Shown one piece after another: positions 52,217 to 64,000 of a stretch of DNA of 64,000 nt (position 1 is its first letter; every line of letters starts with the position of its first letter). The notes below the pieces were generated by a model. That model was not told the origin of the DNA. It saw only the letters and a list, made by a program, of their open reading frames with translations, and made no database searches. Position numbers and translations under genes: made by a program. Source of the stretch: Anthoceros angustus (taxonomy: Eukaryota; Plantae; Anthocerotophyta); contig MU008156.1 of the NCBI GenBank assembly GCA_010909165.1, forward strand, positions 372,001-436,000, given 5' to 3'.

Positions 52217-55200
52217 ATGGCGGGTCCAGCTCCACCGCTGGTTCTGCGGGCCAAGTACTTGCCGTCCCCGAAAGGCCAAGGCATTCCCGGAATTCTGCAC
52301 ATGGTAATCCCGTTGTGGAAGGATGGGATGGAGGGAGGAATGCAGGAATTGAATAAGGATTTAGATGTTTGTGGGTTCTTCTCTGGCAGACGGAGAGCAG
52401 GTTCACGTGGGCTCCGAATGACCCTACGGTGGCGACGAAGCTGGATGTCGACTTCAAACAAATCGTGGGTTTGTATCAGGCAGAGTTGTTTTGGTGTTTG
52501 GGTGATGGTGGGGGTGGTGGTGATGGGAATGCGGGGTGTTCGTGAATGTGTGGAGCAGCTCAGCGATCCAGTAAGGAGACACCCAAGTCGAAGAAAGCTC
52601 TTTTGAATTTGGGGAAGGACGCTGACATGAAGGTATGTCGGTTGGGGTGTTGGCAATGTGGAGGGGCTTGGGTTCAGGGACTTCTCGTGTTTGTTCCTTA
52701 TGGCCTTGTGTGTAACAAGACTGTTATCAGGATGGTTTCATCTTTGATTTTGAGAGTTTTCAAGACAGAGACAAGGGACGGGATCATGTCGGTGAGTCTG
52801 TGGCTTCTTGTCCTAGCTGTTACGACGGTTGTCCATGTATTTGAGGATTTTGAATGCCAGGAAGGTCACCTTCAGCATGTCCTAATGAGCCAGCGGAGCA
52901 ATTGCCTCGTTTTGTGTTGTTTTACGGAGGGGGCATGCTTTTTGTCTGTGGCAGCCAAAATTTTGGCTAAAATGCGTTCCAACGGAACTGGGTCTGGCCA
53001 AGGAGGCGTTTCTGCAAAGCCAGCTCTTGTTTCTCCACAGGACTCACTATTTCCTTCTCAAATGGAACAGCGGATGAAATTGCTTCAAAAGGACAGGCAT
53101 GTTTCTTCTGCGTCTGTGCTTCGTTCCGATTGGAACAGTCAGAGATATTTATGTGGAAAGAAAGTTGAAAGCTCATGCTCGAAATGGGTGATAGAAGAGC
53201 GCAATACCTCTGTCTTGGATGCAGTGAGCTTCGGGAGCTGCATCAACAGTTGGTCATGACTAATATATTGTCGGAAGCAGAATTTTGGGATGGGCGAAAG
53301 GTTAGCTCCGTGTTTTTGGCAGCTGAGAGGCCTTACCAGGGTTTCTTTGTGTTTTGGTGTTTGCTGTGTGTTGTTCAACTGTTCCTAGTAGTTGAAACAG
53401 TTTCAGTGCAGAACTTGATAGAGGGGGAAAGGCAAAGGACTGGTCTGAAGAGTGAAATGCTTGCTGATGTTCGACCTCAACCGGATGGTCGGGTAATTCT
53501 TCTCCCTTCCTTTTTAGCTTATGTGAATCACTGTTGATTTCGATTAGATTGTGGTCGTGAATATTTCAAGCTAGTTTAGGTTGTGGGGCTTGTGGGGCTG
53601 TCAAGATTCGCTCATGGATGTCCTGAGTCATGTTTTCTGTGATTTGCAGACAAACAAGGTCACATTCAACCTCACACCTGAGATCATTCATCAGGTATGT
53701 GATTTCCCTGCAAAACCATGATTGTTCCTGCACTGTTGCATTGAGGATACAACTTTTGAACTCCTGTGTGAATGTAGATCTTTGCGGAGAAGCCAGCAGT
53801 GCATCGAGCCTTTCTGGCCAACGTTCCAAATAAGGTGTGGTGACACTCCTACATTCCAGAGAACATTTGTTGCGACTTGCAGAGCGCCTTGTTCTAATGC
53901 CAATAACTTCACCCTGTGCTGAAGTTGTCAGAGCTCGAGTTTTGGACAAAGTACTGTCGAGCAGAGTACTTGTTTCGTACGAGAACTGCAGCGACGGCAG
54001 CAGCAGAAACAGCAGATGATGAGGATCTTGCAGTATTTGCAAGGGATGATGATATCATCGCAGCCCAAGCTCAAAGAAAGGTCACTTAGATTGAGAAACC
54101 CATGACGTTTTGAGCTGTAATATTTCATGATAGAACCGAATCTGTGTTGGCTTCTAAGGGTCTAGAGCACCGCCCAAGCCTTCTGACTGGAACGTTTTTC
54201 AACAGATCAAGATGGTTGACCCAACACTGGATATGGCTGCAGACCTGGCAGATGACTACTCGTCTCTGCCTGTACGTCTTCCTCGTAAAGAAAATCAGCA
54301 ACTGGTTGGCGTGTCTTGTGTTTGAAGTTCTGGAATCAGCAGGTTCACTAACGGCCCTGCATGAAACAGGGCCATGGCATCCTAAGGGATGGGGATAAGA
54401 AAGAGCTCATTGTTGAAAATGAGGCGACTCGGAAGAGGACAATCTTGCATGATATCAACAGACACGCTGCCGTGGTTCTGGAAGGGAGGCCTGTCGGTCA
54501 GTAATCAGAAAGAGTTGTATGTTATTACTGTGTCCTTATGACGTACGGAAGAAATCTTCGTTATGTCATCTGATACCAGGCATTCATCCCAGACGTGGAG
54601 CTCAAGGATACAACCACTGTAGCACTTGCCCTCTCTAAAGCTCAACAAGGCATGTGATGGACCAGCATGGCGATTATGTGGTGCGTGGCTACTTGATTGA
54701 CGAAGAATGACACCATAAGAGTAACAGACACATTTTCCCGTTGCATTCAGAGATGGTTTCAAGGGACCCAGCTGCTGATGACAGCAGAAGACCACAAAGG
54801 GCGCATGACATTACCGAAATGGATGACCTGCAGGGACCTCAAACAGCTGCCCTTGTTCCCCTTCGCATCCAGGTGAGTCACGTTTTGGTGTCACTGCCAT
54901 GTGTCCTTGAGCTTCTCTTCATCCGCACTTAATCTCCTTGTCTATCTCATCTTTGCAGGATCCTCGAAAATATTTTGATTCCCAACCTGCAGTGAGTGCT
55001 GGGAATGTCACAACTCCCATGGAGATAGACTCTACAACTGTTTTTGATTCGTTCAGGCAACAAATTGCTGCCATGAGGCATATTGACTCTTCGTCATCCG
55101 CACCGATTCCACCAGATGTGGCACTCAAGGTAATCTCCCATCATCTTGGAGTCGTTGTGGAGTATAACCATATGGCATTGAAGCAAGTGCTCACCAACTA

Positions 55201-55977
55201 ACATGTTAAATCCAGGTTCTCAAAGAAGTGACTCAACAAATTTCGACAACTAAGTTGCAGCAGGGAGAAACTGCAGAGAAGAACGTGCTTGACAGCATTC
55301 CACGCCATTTGAAAGACGAGCTCTTTCAGGTGCACATTCTGACTTTCCCGGACCCTCACAAGTTCTAGTCTCTGCAACCTGCGATAATGTCTCACCTGCT
55401 CTCTCGTGTACTCTTGCAGCACGCAGCTACAGCTAATGAGCTGTTACGCCATTTTTGGGCTTGCTATCCACTAACCACCGCCTTCCTAGTGAACAAGGTG
55501 ACAAGGCTTGCTTGGAAGAACGTATACTACATTCCGTTCCGAACTGGGTTTCTTTTGACACACTCGAGTTTTCCGTTGTGAGAGCAGGCCAATCGCTTGA
55601 AGGATGCCATGGCTGATCTTTACAGTCGCCTGGAGGCAAGTAGTGTTGTCATATAGTAGGTAGTTGCTTTTCGATGATATCCCCCATACCCACCGACTTT
55701 GTACTCCCCCCGCCCTGCAGGCAACCAAAGTATCAGCACCAGCGAGCTGCAGGCACCAACTCTCGCAACTGGTGCACCCCATTGCTCAGGTACGGTTCTC
55801 GTACCCTCTTTCCTTGTTTCTAAACTGCATCCAGCCATATAGTGTCTGACTCAGCGCCTGGCGCAAGTTGATGTGCAGCAACTGGACACAGGCTTTTCAC
55901 ACCATGAAGCCGATGCGCAGAGGAGAGCATCCAAGTCCAGTGACAGAAGCGGTGGACTCGTCAGACGCGGCCAGTGA
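52217..55977 (+). CDS. TFB1: TFIIH subunit p62 (TFB1/GTF2H1), multi-exon
   Basis: PH-like N-terminus and two BSD domains (LRELHQQLVMTNILSEAEFW; FNLTPEIIHQIFAEKPAVHRAF...EFWTKYCRAEY), then TILHDINRHAAVVLEG, DPRKYFD and ELLRHFWACYP. Confidence 0.93.
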
Positions 55978-56436
55978 CCGGCTGAAGCAGAACAGCAGTT
56001 AGGATGCCATCAAACAGACGAACATTATATGTAAACTATGTGCTTCAAAATTAGCTCGAGGTACGAACAAGAGAGACACAGTGCGCGAAGAGAATCCAAT
56101 CAAATTACCAAACAGAGAGCACCTTTCCTTGCGAAATGCTCTTGGTTGTTGCATGGATGTTGTGAGAGCGTTGTAACTGATCGCATCCCACAAAAGAGTG
56201 TTAGTTATCCATCCCGATTTGGCGGGCAACAGGGTGGCGCGGTGAATGGGCAGGAACGCAGTCTGCGATATGCCAGTGCCACATGTGGCACGGCTAGGAT
56301 TATCCGTCGCGCTCCTCCGCTCGCACTGTGTGGCCTGCGTTGCCTGGCTGCATTGCCACAGCCACTCGTCTGCGAGCATTCCTTCCTTCCTTGCCAGTCG
56401 CGGGGAACAGGCACCTCTGCGTCTGCACCAGCGACC

Positions 56437-58199
56437 ATGGCCTGTACCGCGGCTTGCACCTCGTCCGCGGCCGCTGCTGCAGCTGCCGCGGTCTCCAAGG
56501 ACGCCAAATTGGCCTCCTCCTCCTCCTCGCCGCGCGCGCTCGCCTCCGCCTTCCATGGCTCCAAGGGAGTGTGGAGCTCGCTCAGCATGGCCGCCGAGGC
56601 CTCGCCTCTGCGCTCTGCGCCCGCCCGCAGGCGCACCGGAGCTCACCGCGGCCTCGTGGTGTGCAAAGTGGACGGCAACACCGTCGTCATCGGCCTGGCT
56701 GCTGACTCCGGGTGCGGGAAGAGCACCTTCATGAGGCGCCTCACCAGCGTCTTCGGAGGCGCCGCCGCCCCGCCTAAAGGCGGCAACCCGGACTCCAACA
56801 CCCTCATCAGTGACACCACCACCGTTATCTGCCTCGATGACTACCACAGCCTGGACAGGAATGGCCGCAAGAAAGAAGGTGTGACCGCCTTGGACCCCAA
56901 GGCCAACAATTTCGATCTCATGTACGAGCAGGTGAAGGCGCTCAAGTCCGGACAGAGCGTGCAGAAGCCTATCTACAACCACGTCTCCGGTTTGCTGGAC
57001 CCGCCGGAGCTCATCACTCCTCCTAAAATCCTCGTCATCGAGGGCCTGCATCCCATGTGAGTTGCTTTCTTCCTCTCCGGCATTTGCATCTGCCCGGCTG
57101 CTTAATGCAATGCCGCTGCTCCTCCATGCAATCTCTTGCAAGTCTCTTGTGGCTGGGAGGAGCATGCATTTTTGTCTGAGGACTGACGATTTTACTCTCT
57201 TCTCCTCGAACTATGTTTTGATCAGGTATGACGCGAGAGTAAGGGACTTGCTGGACTTCAGTATTTACCTGGATATCAGCGACGATGTCAAGTTTGCTTG
57301 GAAGATCCAGGTTTGCTATTCATTTTCCTCCGGTTTGAATGTCAGATTCCTGTAGCTCTGTGCATGCACTCACATCTGGCGCTAATGATTGATTCGCAGC
57401 GGGATATGGCCGAGCGTGGACACAGCCTGGAGAGCATCAAGGCCAGTATTGCGGCAAGGAAGCCCGACTTCGATGCCTTTATTGGTAGCTACCTCTTCTT
57501 CCTCGCCCCGCCTGTTTGCGCTGCTCGTCTTTTCTCTCTAGGCGATTGTGCTCGCTTCCTGTCGTAAAACCCTGGTCGCTCGGCTTCGGTTGCAGACCCG
57601 CAGAAGCAGCATGCGGATGTTGTGATTCAAGTGCTGCCGACTCAGCTTATTCCGGATGACAACGAGGGCAAGGTTCTCCGCGTGCGGATGGTCATGAAGG
57701 AAGGCGTGAAGGACTTCGACCCCGTCTACCTCTACGACGAAGGCTCCACCATCTCATGGATCCCCTGCGGCAGGAAGCTGACATGTTCATACCCTGGCAT
57801 CAAGTTCTTCTACGGCCCGGACACCTACTACGGAAACGAGGTCAGCAGCGCCTTCACATTCTCAGGCTGTTCGTTCCTTCACGACTCTGTAGGTTTTTCC
57901 CCAGAAGGGAGCTACTTTTCTAACTCCGTGCTATCGCTCTGCTCGTCCAGGTTTCCGTGCTGGAGATGGACGGCCAATTCGACAAACTTGACGAGCTTAT
58001 CTACGTAGAGAGCCACCTGAGCAACATTTCCACCAAGTTCTACGGAGAGATCACACAGCAGATGCTGAAGCACGCCGACTTCCCTGGCAGCAACAACGGA
58101 ACCGGGCTCTTCCAAACCATTGTAGGGCTGAAGATCAGGGATGTGTACGAGAGAATTTTGGCAAGGCGGAAGGCTGCCAAGGCAACCGTCGCTGCTTAG
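56437..58199 (+). CDS. PRK: Phosphoribulokinase, chloroplast, 427 aa, 5 exons
   Basis: Exons 56437-57056, 57226-57310, 57400-57484, 57596-57840 and 57951-58199. Motifs AADSGCGKST, VICLDDYH and IEGLHP. Confidence 0.98.
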
Positions 58200-58897
58200 A
58201 GGAGAATCGTCACAGCCAGTGTATCTTGTATAGAGTTCTGGCCTGGAATTGATGTCCGGTGTATTTTTGTAGAGTTATCCATTGAGGCACATCTGTTCCC
58301 TCCGCCTCTTAGCCCCCCTGAGCTGCCGGTGATTGACCCATCACTCGGTGTGCTGAGCAGCTGAGATCAGCAATCCTTGTCTGAGGAAGCTTGGTAGTGT
58401 CAGGGTGGTGTGTTCTCGTTGTACTAGTTGCCATTGAGCATGCGAAGCTTGCAAAACTTGTCACCTCCTTCTTTGTGTTTTATTTATTGATTTTACCCTT
58501 CACCTGGTATGTCTCACTATGGAGAAAATTCCTCACTATTCCGTCAGTGACAATCATGAGCACGATGAATTTGGACTGGATGGTGGTGACCATGTGGTGC
58601 TTGTTTGGAAACTACCGTCGCTGGCGAAATATCCCAGACGACGCTGGCGAAACATTGCGCCAGCAAAGCACCTGGAGGGTGATATTTTGCGAGCTTCTGC
58701 TCGGGAAATCCCGGTTCTGATTCGGAATTGCATTGGGAGGGGCTTGTTGCGGCGTGGGAGCAGCCGGGCGTGGTTTCGTGGCTTGTGAATTGACACTTTT
58801 CGGTTTGCAGCTGCAATTTTTCTTTTGTCAAGGACCCGCACAAAGAGCTCGGATTTGCCGGCATTCCTAAGGGACGGGACAGCACAGGCCTTTTGCA

Positions 58898-59766
58898 ATG
58901 GTGGTGGCAGGGGCTCTCAACACCGGAGCTCTGCTGCCGTCTTCTCTGCTTCCGGCATGGGAGAGTGGCGTTGCGCAGCATGGCTCAGCCAGCTGCCGTC
59001 TGCCTGCTTTGCCGCCGCCTGTCGGTGCCCTGACTGCTTGTAAAGTGCAGGAGTCTGGGAGGGGTGTGTTCTTGCCGCCGCGCACAATTCTGAGACGCGC
59101 TTCCGTGAACAAGTCCTCCCGCGCTGACCCAGCTAGGTTTCGTGCCGGTGTAGCTCGGGCTGAGAACCTTGTGGTAAGTTTGCAGTGCCTGAGCTTGACA
59201 TGCAGTTTTGGAATCCCGTTGCCTGCTTGGAGCTCACAATCACGCTTGGTGCGGAGTTTCAGCAAAAAGTGACTGCAAGGGAGCTGGATGATATCCTTGC
59301 CAAGGAGAGGACACAGCCAATGGTTCTTGACTTCTATGCAACCTGGTGTGGACCTTGTATCTTACTGGCTCAGGAACTTGAAAAGGTCAGGCTGCCATTT
59401 TCGCAGTGCAAATTTGCCGTAGCTAAGTTGTGTTGCTGACCGTGGATTGTCCCCGTGACAGCTAGCGGTGGAGTATGGTCAAACAGTGCGGTTCCTAAAG
59501 GTGGATACGGATGAGGAGTACGAGCTTGCTTCGCAGATGCAGGTACCGGGCATCGTGAGCTTTCGTTTCTGCTGCTTTCCGCTTTCCGGGGGTTGAGTGA
59601 CATCCTGCCACGAGTCTTTTCTCACAAACATCGTGGCTATGAATGTCAGATTCGTGGCTTGCCTACCATGGTATTTGTGAGCAAAGACACTGAAAAGCTG
59701 GCAATACGCACTGAGGGCTTACTTCCATCCCAAACTATCCGTGACATAATCGAGAAAGAGCTTTGA
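58898..59766 (+). CDS. TRXz: Thioredoxin z (CITRX), plastid, 198 aa, 4 exons
   Basis: Exons 58898-59173, 59263-59385, 59462-59542 and 59650-59766. Motifs DFYATWCGPC, FLKVDTDEEYELA and RTEGL. Confidence 0.95.
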
Positions 59767-62012
59767 TACAGGGTGTCCACTCTCCCACCAAGCACAGACT
59801 TCTGTTGTTGGATGCTGGCACATCTTTTGGAAGATTGAACAAAGGTGCTGGAGGGAGAGGAAGACATGACTAGTTCAATGCTTATGCCCTGCCTGCAGCA
59901 TATAGAGCAGGGACATTCCTGTTTTCTCCTAGATATGAAAGTTTGTGGAATCACAAACTGCAAACTGGTGAGAACACTTTTTTGCAGGGTGACAAGTACA
60001 GTACACATCGTCTCTTGCCCTCTGTCGTGTATGTACGAGAAGGCTGAAGGGGTAGTGTGCGCTGGGGCTCCTTTATCTCCTTAAATGTGCAGTTCTACGA
60101 AGAGGTTTTCAGAAATATGGTTGCCCTATTGCTAGGTAGTTGGTATTGACACTATTTTTTTGTGTAGGTGTTACACTAATGTTAGGGCCATGGGACGAAA
60201 CTACATTTGTAGGTGTCCCATGGCATTCATATGGAATACCGATCTCGTCAGGAAGCCCTTTAGGGTTTTTTTCAAGTCTTCGGCTGTGACTGCCTTTATT
60301 GGTAGCCTTTATTGGTTCCTAGTAAGGATTTTGTGACTGTTTTATAACTACCTAAATATGTACGTAGCTATTTCATTTGACCTTCAGAGGAGAGTCGGGA
60401 CTGGCAATACACATAGCTGCATGTGTGCGCGCTTGTGCGTCCATCCCAAGTCACGATTGCGTCGTATGCAGGGATGAATTCTGCTTCCGGCATGGGAGAG
60501 TGGCGTTGCGCAGCATGGCTCAGCCAGCTGCCGTCTGCCTGCTTTGCCGCCGCCTGTCGGTGCCCTGACTGCTTGTAAAGTGCAGGAGTCTGGGAGGGTG
60601 TGTTCTTGCCGCGCACAATTCTGAGACGCGCTTCCGTGAACAAGTCCTCCGCTGACCCAGCTAGGTTTCGTGCCGGTGTAGCTCGGGCTGAGAACCTTGT
60701 GGTAAGTTTGCAGTGCCTGAGCTTGACATGCAGTTTTGGAATCCGTTGCCTGCTTGGAGCTCACAATCACGCTTGGTGCGGAGTTTCAGCAAAAGTGACT
60801 GCAAGGGAGCTGGATGATATCCTTGCCAAGGAGAGGACACAGCCAATGGTTCTTGACTTCTATGCAACCTGGTGTGGACCTTGTATCTTACTGGCTCAGG
60901 AACTTGAAAAGGTCAGGCTGCCATTTTCGCAGTGCAAATTTGCTGTAGCTAAGTTGTGTTGTTGACCGTGGATTGTCCCCGTGACAGCTAGCGGTGGAGT
61001 ATGGTCAAACAGTGCGGTTCCTAAAGGTGGATACGGATGAGGAGTACGAGCTTGCTTCGCAGATGCAGGTACCGGGCATCGTGAGCTTTCGTTTCTGCTG
61101 CTTTCCGCTTTCCGGGGTTGAGTGACATCCTGCCACGAGTCTTTTCTCACAAACATCGTGGCTATGAATGTCAGATTCGTGGCTTGCCTACCATGGTATT
61201 TGTGAGCAAAGACACTGAAAAGCTGGCAATACGCACTGAGGGCTTACTTCCATCCCAAACTATCCGTGACATAATCGAGAAAGAGCTTTGATACAGGGTG
61301 TCCACTCTCCCACCAAGCACAGACTTCTGTTGTTGGATGCTGGCACATCTTTTGGAAGATTGAACAAAGGTGCTGGAGGAGAGGAAGACATGACTAGTTC
61401 AATGCTTATGCCCTGCCTGCAGCATATAGAGCAGGGACATTCCTGTTTTCTCCTAGATATGAAAGTTTGTGGAATCACAAACTGCAAACTGGTGAGAACA
61501 CTTTTTGCAGGGTGACAAGTACAGTACACATCGTCTCTTGCCCTCTGTCGTGTATGAGAAGGCTGAAGGGTAGTGTGCGCTGGGGCTCCTTTATCTCCTT
61601 AAATGTGCAGTTCTACGAAGAGGTTTTCAGAAATATGGTTGCCCTATTGCTAGGTAGTTGGTATTGACACTATTTTTTTGTGTAGGTGTTACACTAATGT
61701 TAGGGCCATGGGACGAAACTACATTTGTAGGTGTCCCATGGCATTCATATGGAATACCGATCTCGTCAGGAAGCCCTTTAGGGTTTTTTTCAAGTCTTCG
61801 GCTGTGACTGCCTTTATTGGTAGCCTTTATTGGTTCCTAGTAAGGATTTTGTGACTGTTTTATAACTACCTAAATATGTACGTAGCTATTTCATTTGACC
61901 TTCAGAGGAGAGTCGGGACTGGCAATACACATAGCTGCATGTGTGCGCGCTTGTGCGTCCATCCCAAGTCACGATTGCGTCGTATGCAGGGATGAATTCT
62001 GCTTCCCGGCAT
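58946..62012. repeat. ~1.53 kb tandem duplication
   Basis: Junction motif CTGCTTCC(C)GGCAT at 58946, 60481 and 61999. Confidence 0.92.
60481..61291 (+). pseudogene. 5'-truncated tandem copy of TRXz
   Basis: Lies in the second unit of a ~1.53 kb tandem duplication. It lacks the start codon and has small deletions in exon 1, while exons 2-4 are essentially identical to the first copy. Confidence 0.75.
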
Positions 62013-62245
62013 AGATATTGCGGTTGCTGCGTGTTCGGTCGTGAATGCCTCGGTATCGGCCTGACCAACCTCAGCACTTCTCGGTATCGGCAGTTTAGCA
62101 GCTGAGATTCGGCATCCTTGGCCTTATCGGTCGAGCGGGCTGGTTGCTGCTGTGCATCCGTTCAGGCTCCACAACTGGACGTATGCGCGCCGTGGGGGAT
62201 ATCGTCTCGCCGATTGCGTGCAATTTTTGCTCAGGAGAGTGAGGC

Positions 62246-63644
62246 ATGCCTCGTACTGTGGCGTGGCTGTTGCTGCGCTTGTTTCACTTGATCTTTCGGA
62301 TCGTGAACTGGATCGCGCACTACGCTGATCGGTGCGCCCGCCTGCTCAGAGCTAGTCCGTCGGAATATTTGAGGAACGGGTTTAATCAGAAGAAGGGACC
62401 CTGGAGTGTGGCAGTGGTGCTGGAGAGCGCGGAGGTTCTCGGCCAGGAGATAAAGATTCTGGAGCTGCTGCAGTGGTTGGCGGCTGCCAGGGTTCAGCAT
62501 GTCTCGCTATATGACGTGAAAGGTAGCATTTGATCTCATTCGCACGCTGACACAGTCAACTGGCAGTCGTCTTCCTGAGGGTTTAGGGTTCTTCATTCAG
62601 GTTTTTCAAAAGAATATCTGACGTTTGTCCCCGTCTAGGAGTCTTGAAGAATCTGCAGGAGGATTTTGAGAAGGCGCTGGACTGTAGCTGTGGTGAGGAT
62701 CAGAAGTTGTCTTTCCACTCGCCTAGAAAGGTTAGCTACTTGATCCTTTTCTAGCTTTTGAAAGTCAAGGTTGTTAGAGGTAAGGGTGTCCCCCGCATTG
62801 GGAGAACAGTCCTCGCAGCCTTGAAGCGGATTTCAGACAGTTTACATTCCCAAATCTTCTGGTCTGGAAGATCAGACAGTTTTGCTCCGACTGGAGCTCT
62901 GCCTAAAGTGCTCACAACCAAAAGTTTTTTTTGTGTGTGGTATTGGTTAGTGTAGTACTTGCTTGTGTTTAACTGCTGCTTGTCTGAACTCAAATGAAAA
63001 ATCAGGCAGGGCTTGTATTTCAGCTCTCTAACCTGTCCTCTGCTTGCGCAAACAGGAGGTCATGAAAGTGGAGCTTCTCTCTCGTGAGGATGGAAGAGAG
63101 GCCATTGTGATGGCTGCCAGGCATATTTGCAGTGGCGCCTTAAAAGCCCATGCACACGGGAAGGAGTTGAAGAAAAAACTCTCAGAAGCTGATGTAGATG
63201 CAAGTTTGCTGGCAACAGGTAAAAGGAGTTTCAAAAGATGTGTCGTGATCTACTTTCCTGTGCAGCGTTGTCTCACAACAGTGCTAAACCTTCTGACAGG
63301 ATATGTAGGCCCAGAACCAGATTTGCTTCTTTCTTTCGGCACAACAAAATCCCTCCTCGGCTTTCCTCCCTGGCGGTTGCGGTTAACAGAGATAGTGTAA
63401 GGAGCTTCCCCTTGTTGGTTTCTTGAGACTTGTGTACGCTCGGAAAGATTTCTGTACCGACTGTCTACTGTCGGTCTGCCGTTTAAGAGCTGCATTGCTG
63501 GAAGGTTGACCTCCTGGTGCCACCGAAACTCATCCTAGACATGTTTTGGACAGGCACATGGGGCGGTTCAGAGACCTGACAGCACCTTTGTTCACCTCAG
63601 CCCTTGAGGAGTTCGCTCAGAAAACCCAGAGATATGGGAGATAG
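62246..63644 (+). CDS. NUS1: Dehydrodolichyl diphosphate synthase complex subunit NUS1/NgBR (LEW1-like), 5 exons
   Basis: N-terminal hydrophobic segment, HVSLYDVKG, VELLSREDGREAIV, GPEPDLLLSFG...LGFPPWRLRLTEI, and a C-terminal QRYGR (RxG motif). Confidence 0.9.
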
Positions 63645-64000
63645 GTCTGCCGATACACAAGCCTGGCCTCTAAACGTAACCTCAGGCCGATGACTTTTCC
63701 AGTGAACAGGTGCGTAGAATTTTGGGTGCTGACAATGGCTTTTTCCATCTCTGAGTGTCACAAACTAAAAACTTGTTTGTTCGTTGCAGGGCACGTTTCT
63801 CAGCGAGGTGGATAACCAGGGACAATCTGTATCCATACGCCTACCAGGATTGAAAGGAAAAATTGTTTAGCCATTTGTACAATACATATGTACTATGTTT
63901 CCGCCGCTCATTACAGATTATGAGTGCCGATAATTGAGACTTCGAACTACTCGTTCGACGCTGTTGCCTACCATTTTACAGAAACCGTTGTCGCGGCAGA

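Noticed and set aside
55999-57165. Minus-strand 388 aa ORF
   Set aside because: Antisense to PRK exon 1, with no recognisable domain.
56437-59766. PRK-TRXz as a functional redox gene cluster
   Set aside because: PRK is regulated mainly by TRX f/m and CP12, whereas TRXz belongs to the plastid RNA polymerase complex. Adjacency in a gene-dense region is sufficient explanation.

Overview
Eukaryotic nuclear DNA from a land plant. The short GT-AG introns and dense gene packing suggest a seed-free lineage such as a hornwort, other bryophyte or lycophyte (inference only). About 1-17.3 kb is a transposon graveyard: a tandemly duplicated CACTA right end, a ~6.5 kb ORF-like element with nested tandem duplications, Ty1/copia RT and Ty3/gypsy integrase fragments, fragments of an RLE-type non-LTR retroelement, a 33-bp palindromic array, and an AT-rich intronless protein kinase preceded by ~225-bp repeats. 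About 18-64 kb is genic: a 71-clan P450 with an atypical I-helix, a P450 pseudogene fused head-to-head to a secretory-type polyphenol oxidase pseudogene, an outward-rectifier Shaker K+ channel, an RBM18-like RRM gene, mitochondrial dihydrolipoamide dehydrogenase, a three-C2H2-finger ADP-ribosyltransferase with an intact H-Y-E triad (plus a disrupted paralogue), a GRDP/DUF1399 gene with partial copies, RECQL1, a plastid HAD hydrolase, TFIIH p62/TFB1, phosphoribulokinase, thioredoxin z with a near-identical partial tandem copy, and NUS1/LEW1. I found no supportable rRNA, intact tRNA or CRISPR array. Exon boundaries were read by eye and some are approximate. Many 1-3 bp indels between near-identical repeat copies look like long-read consensus errors, so some pseudogene and duplication calls need read-level checks.
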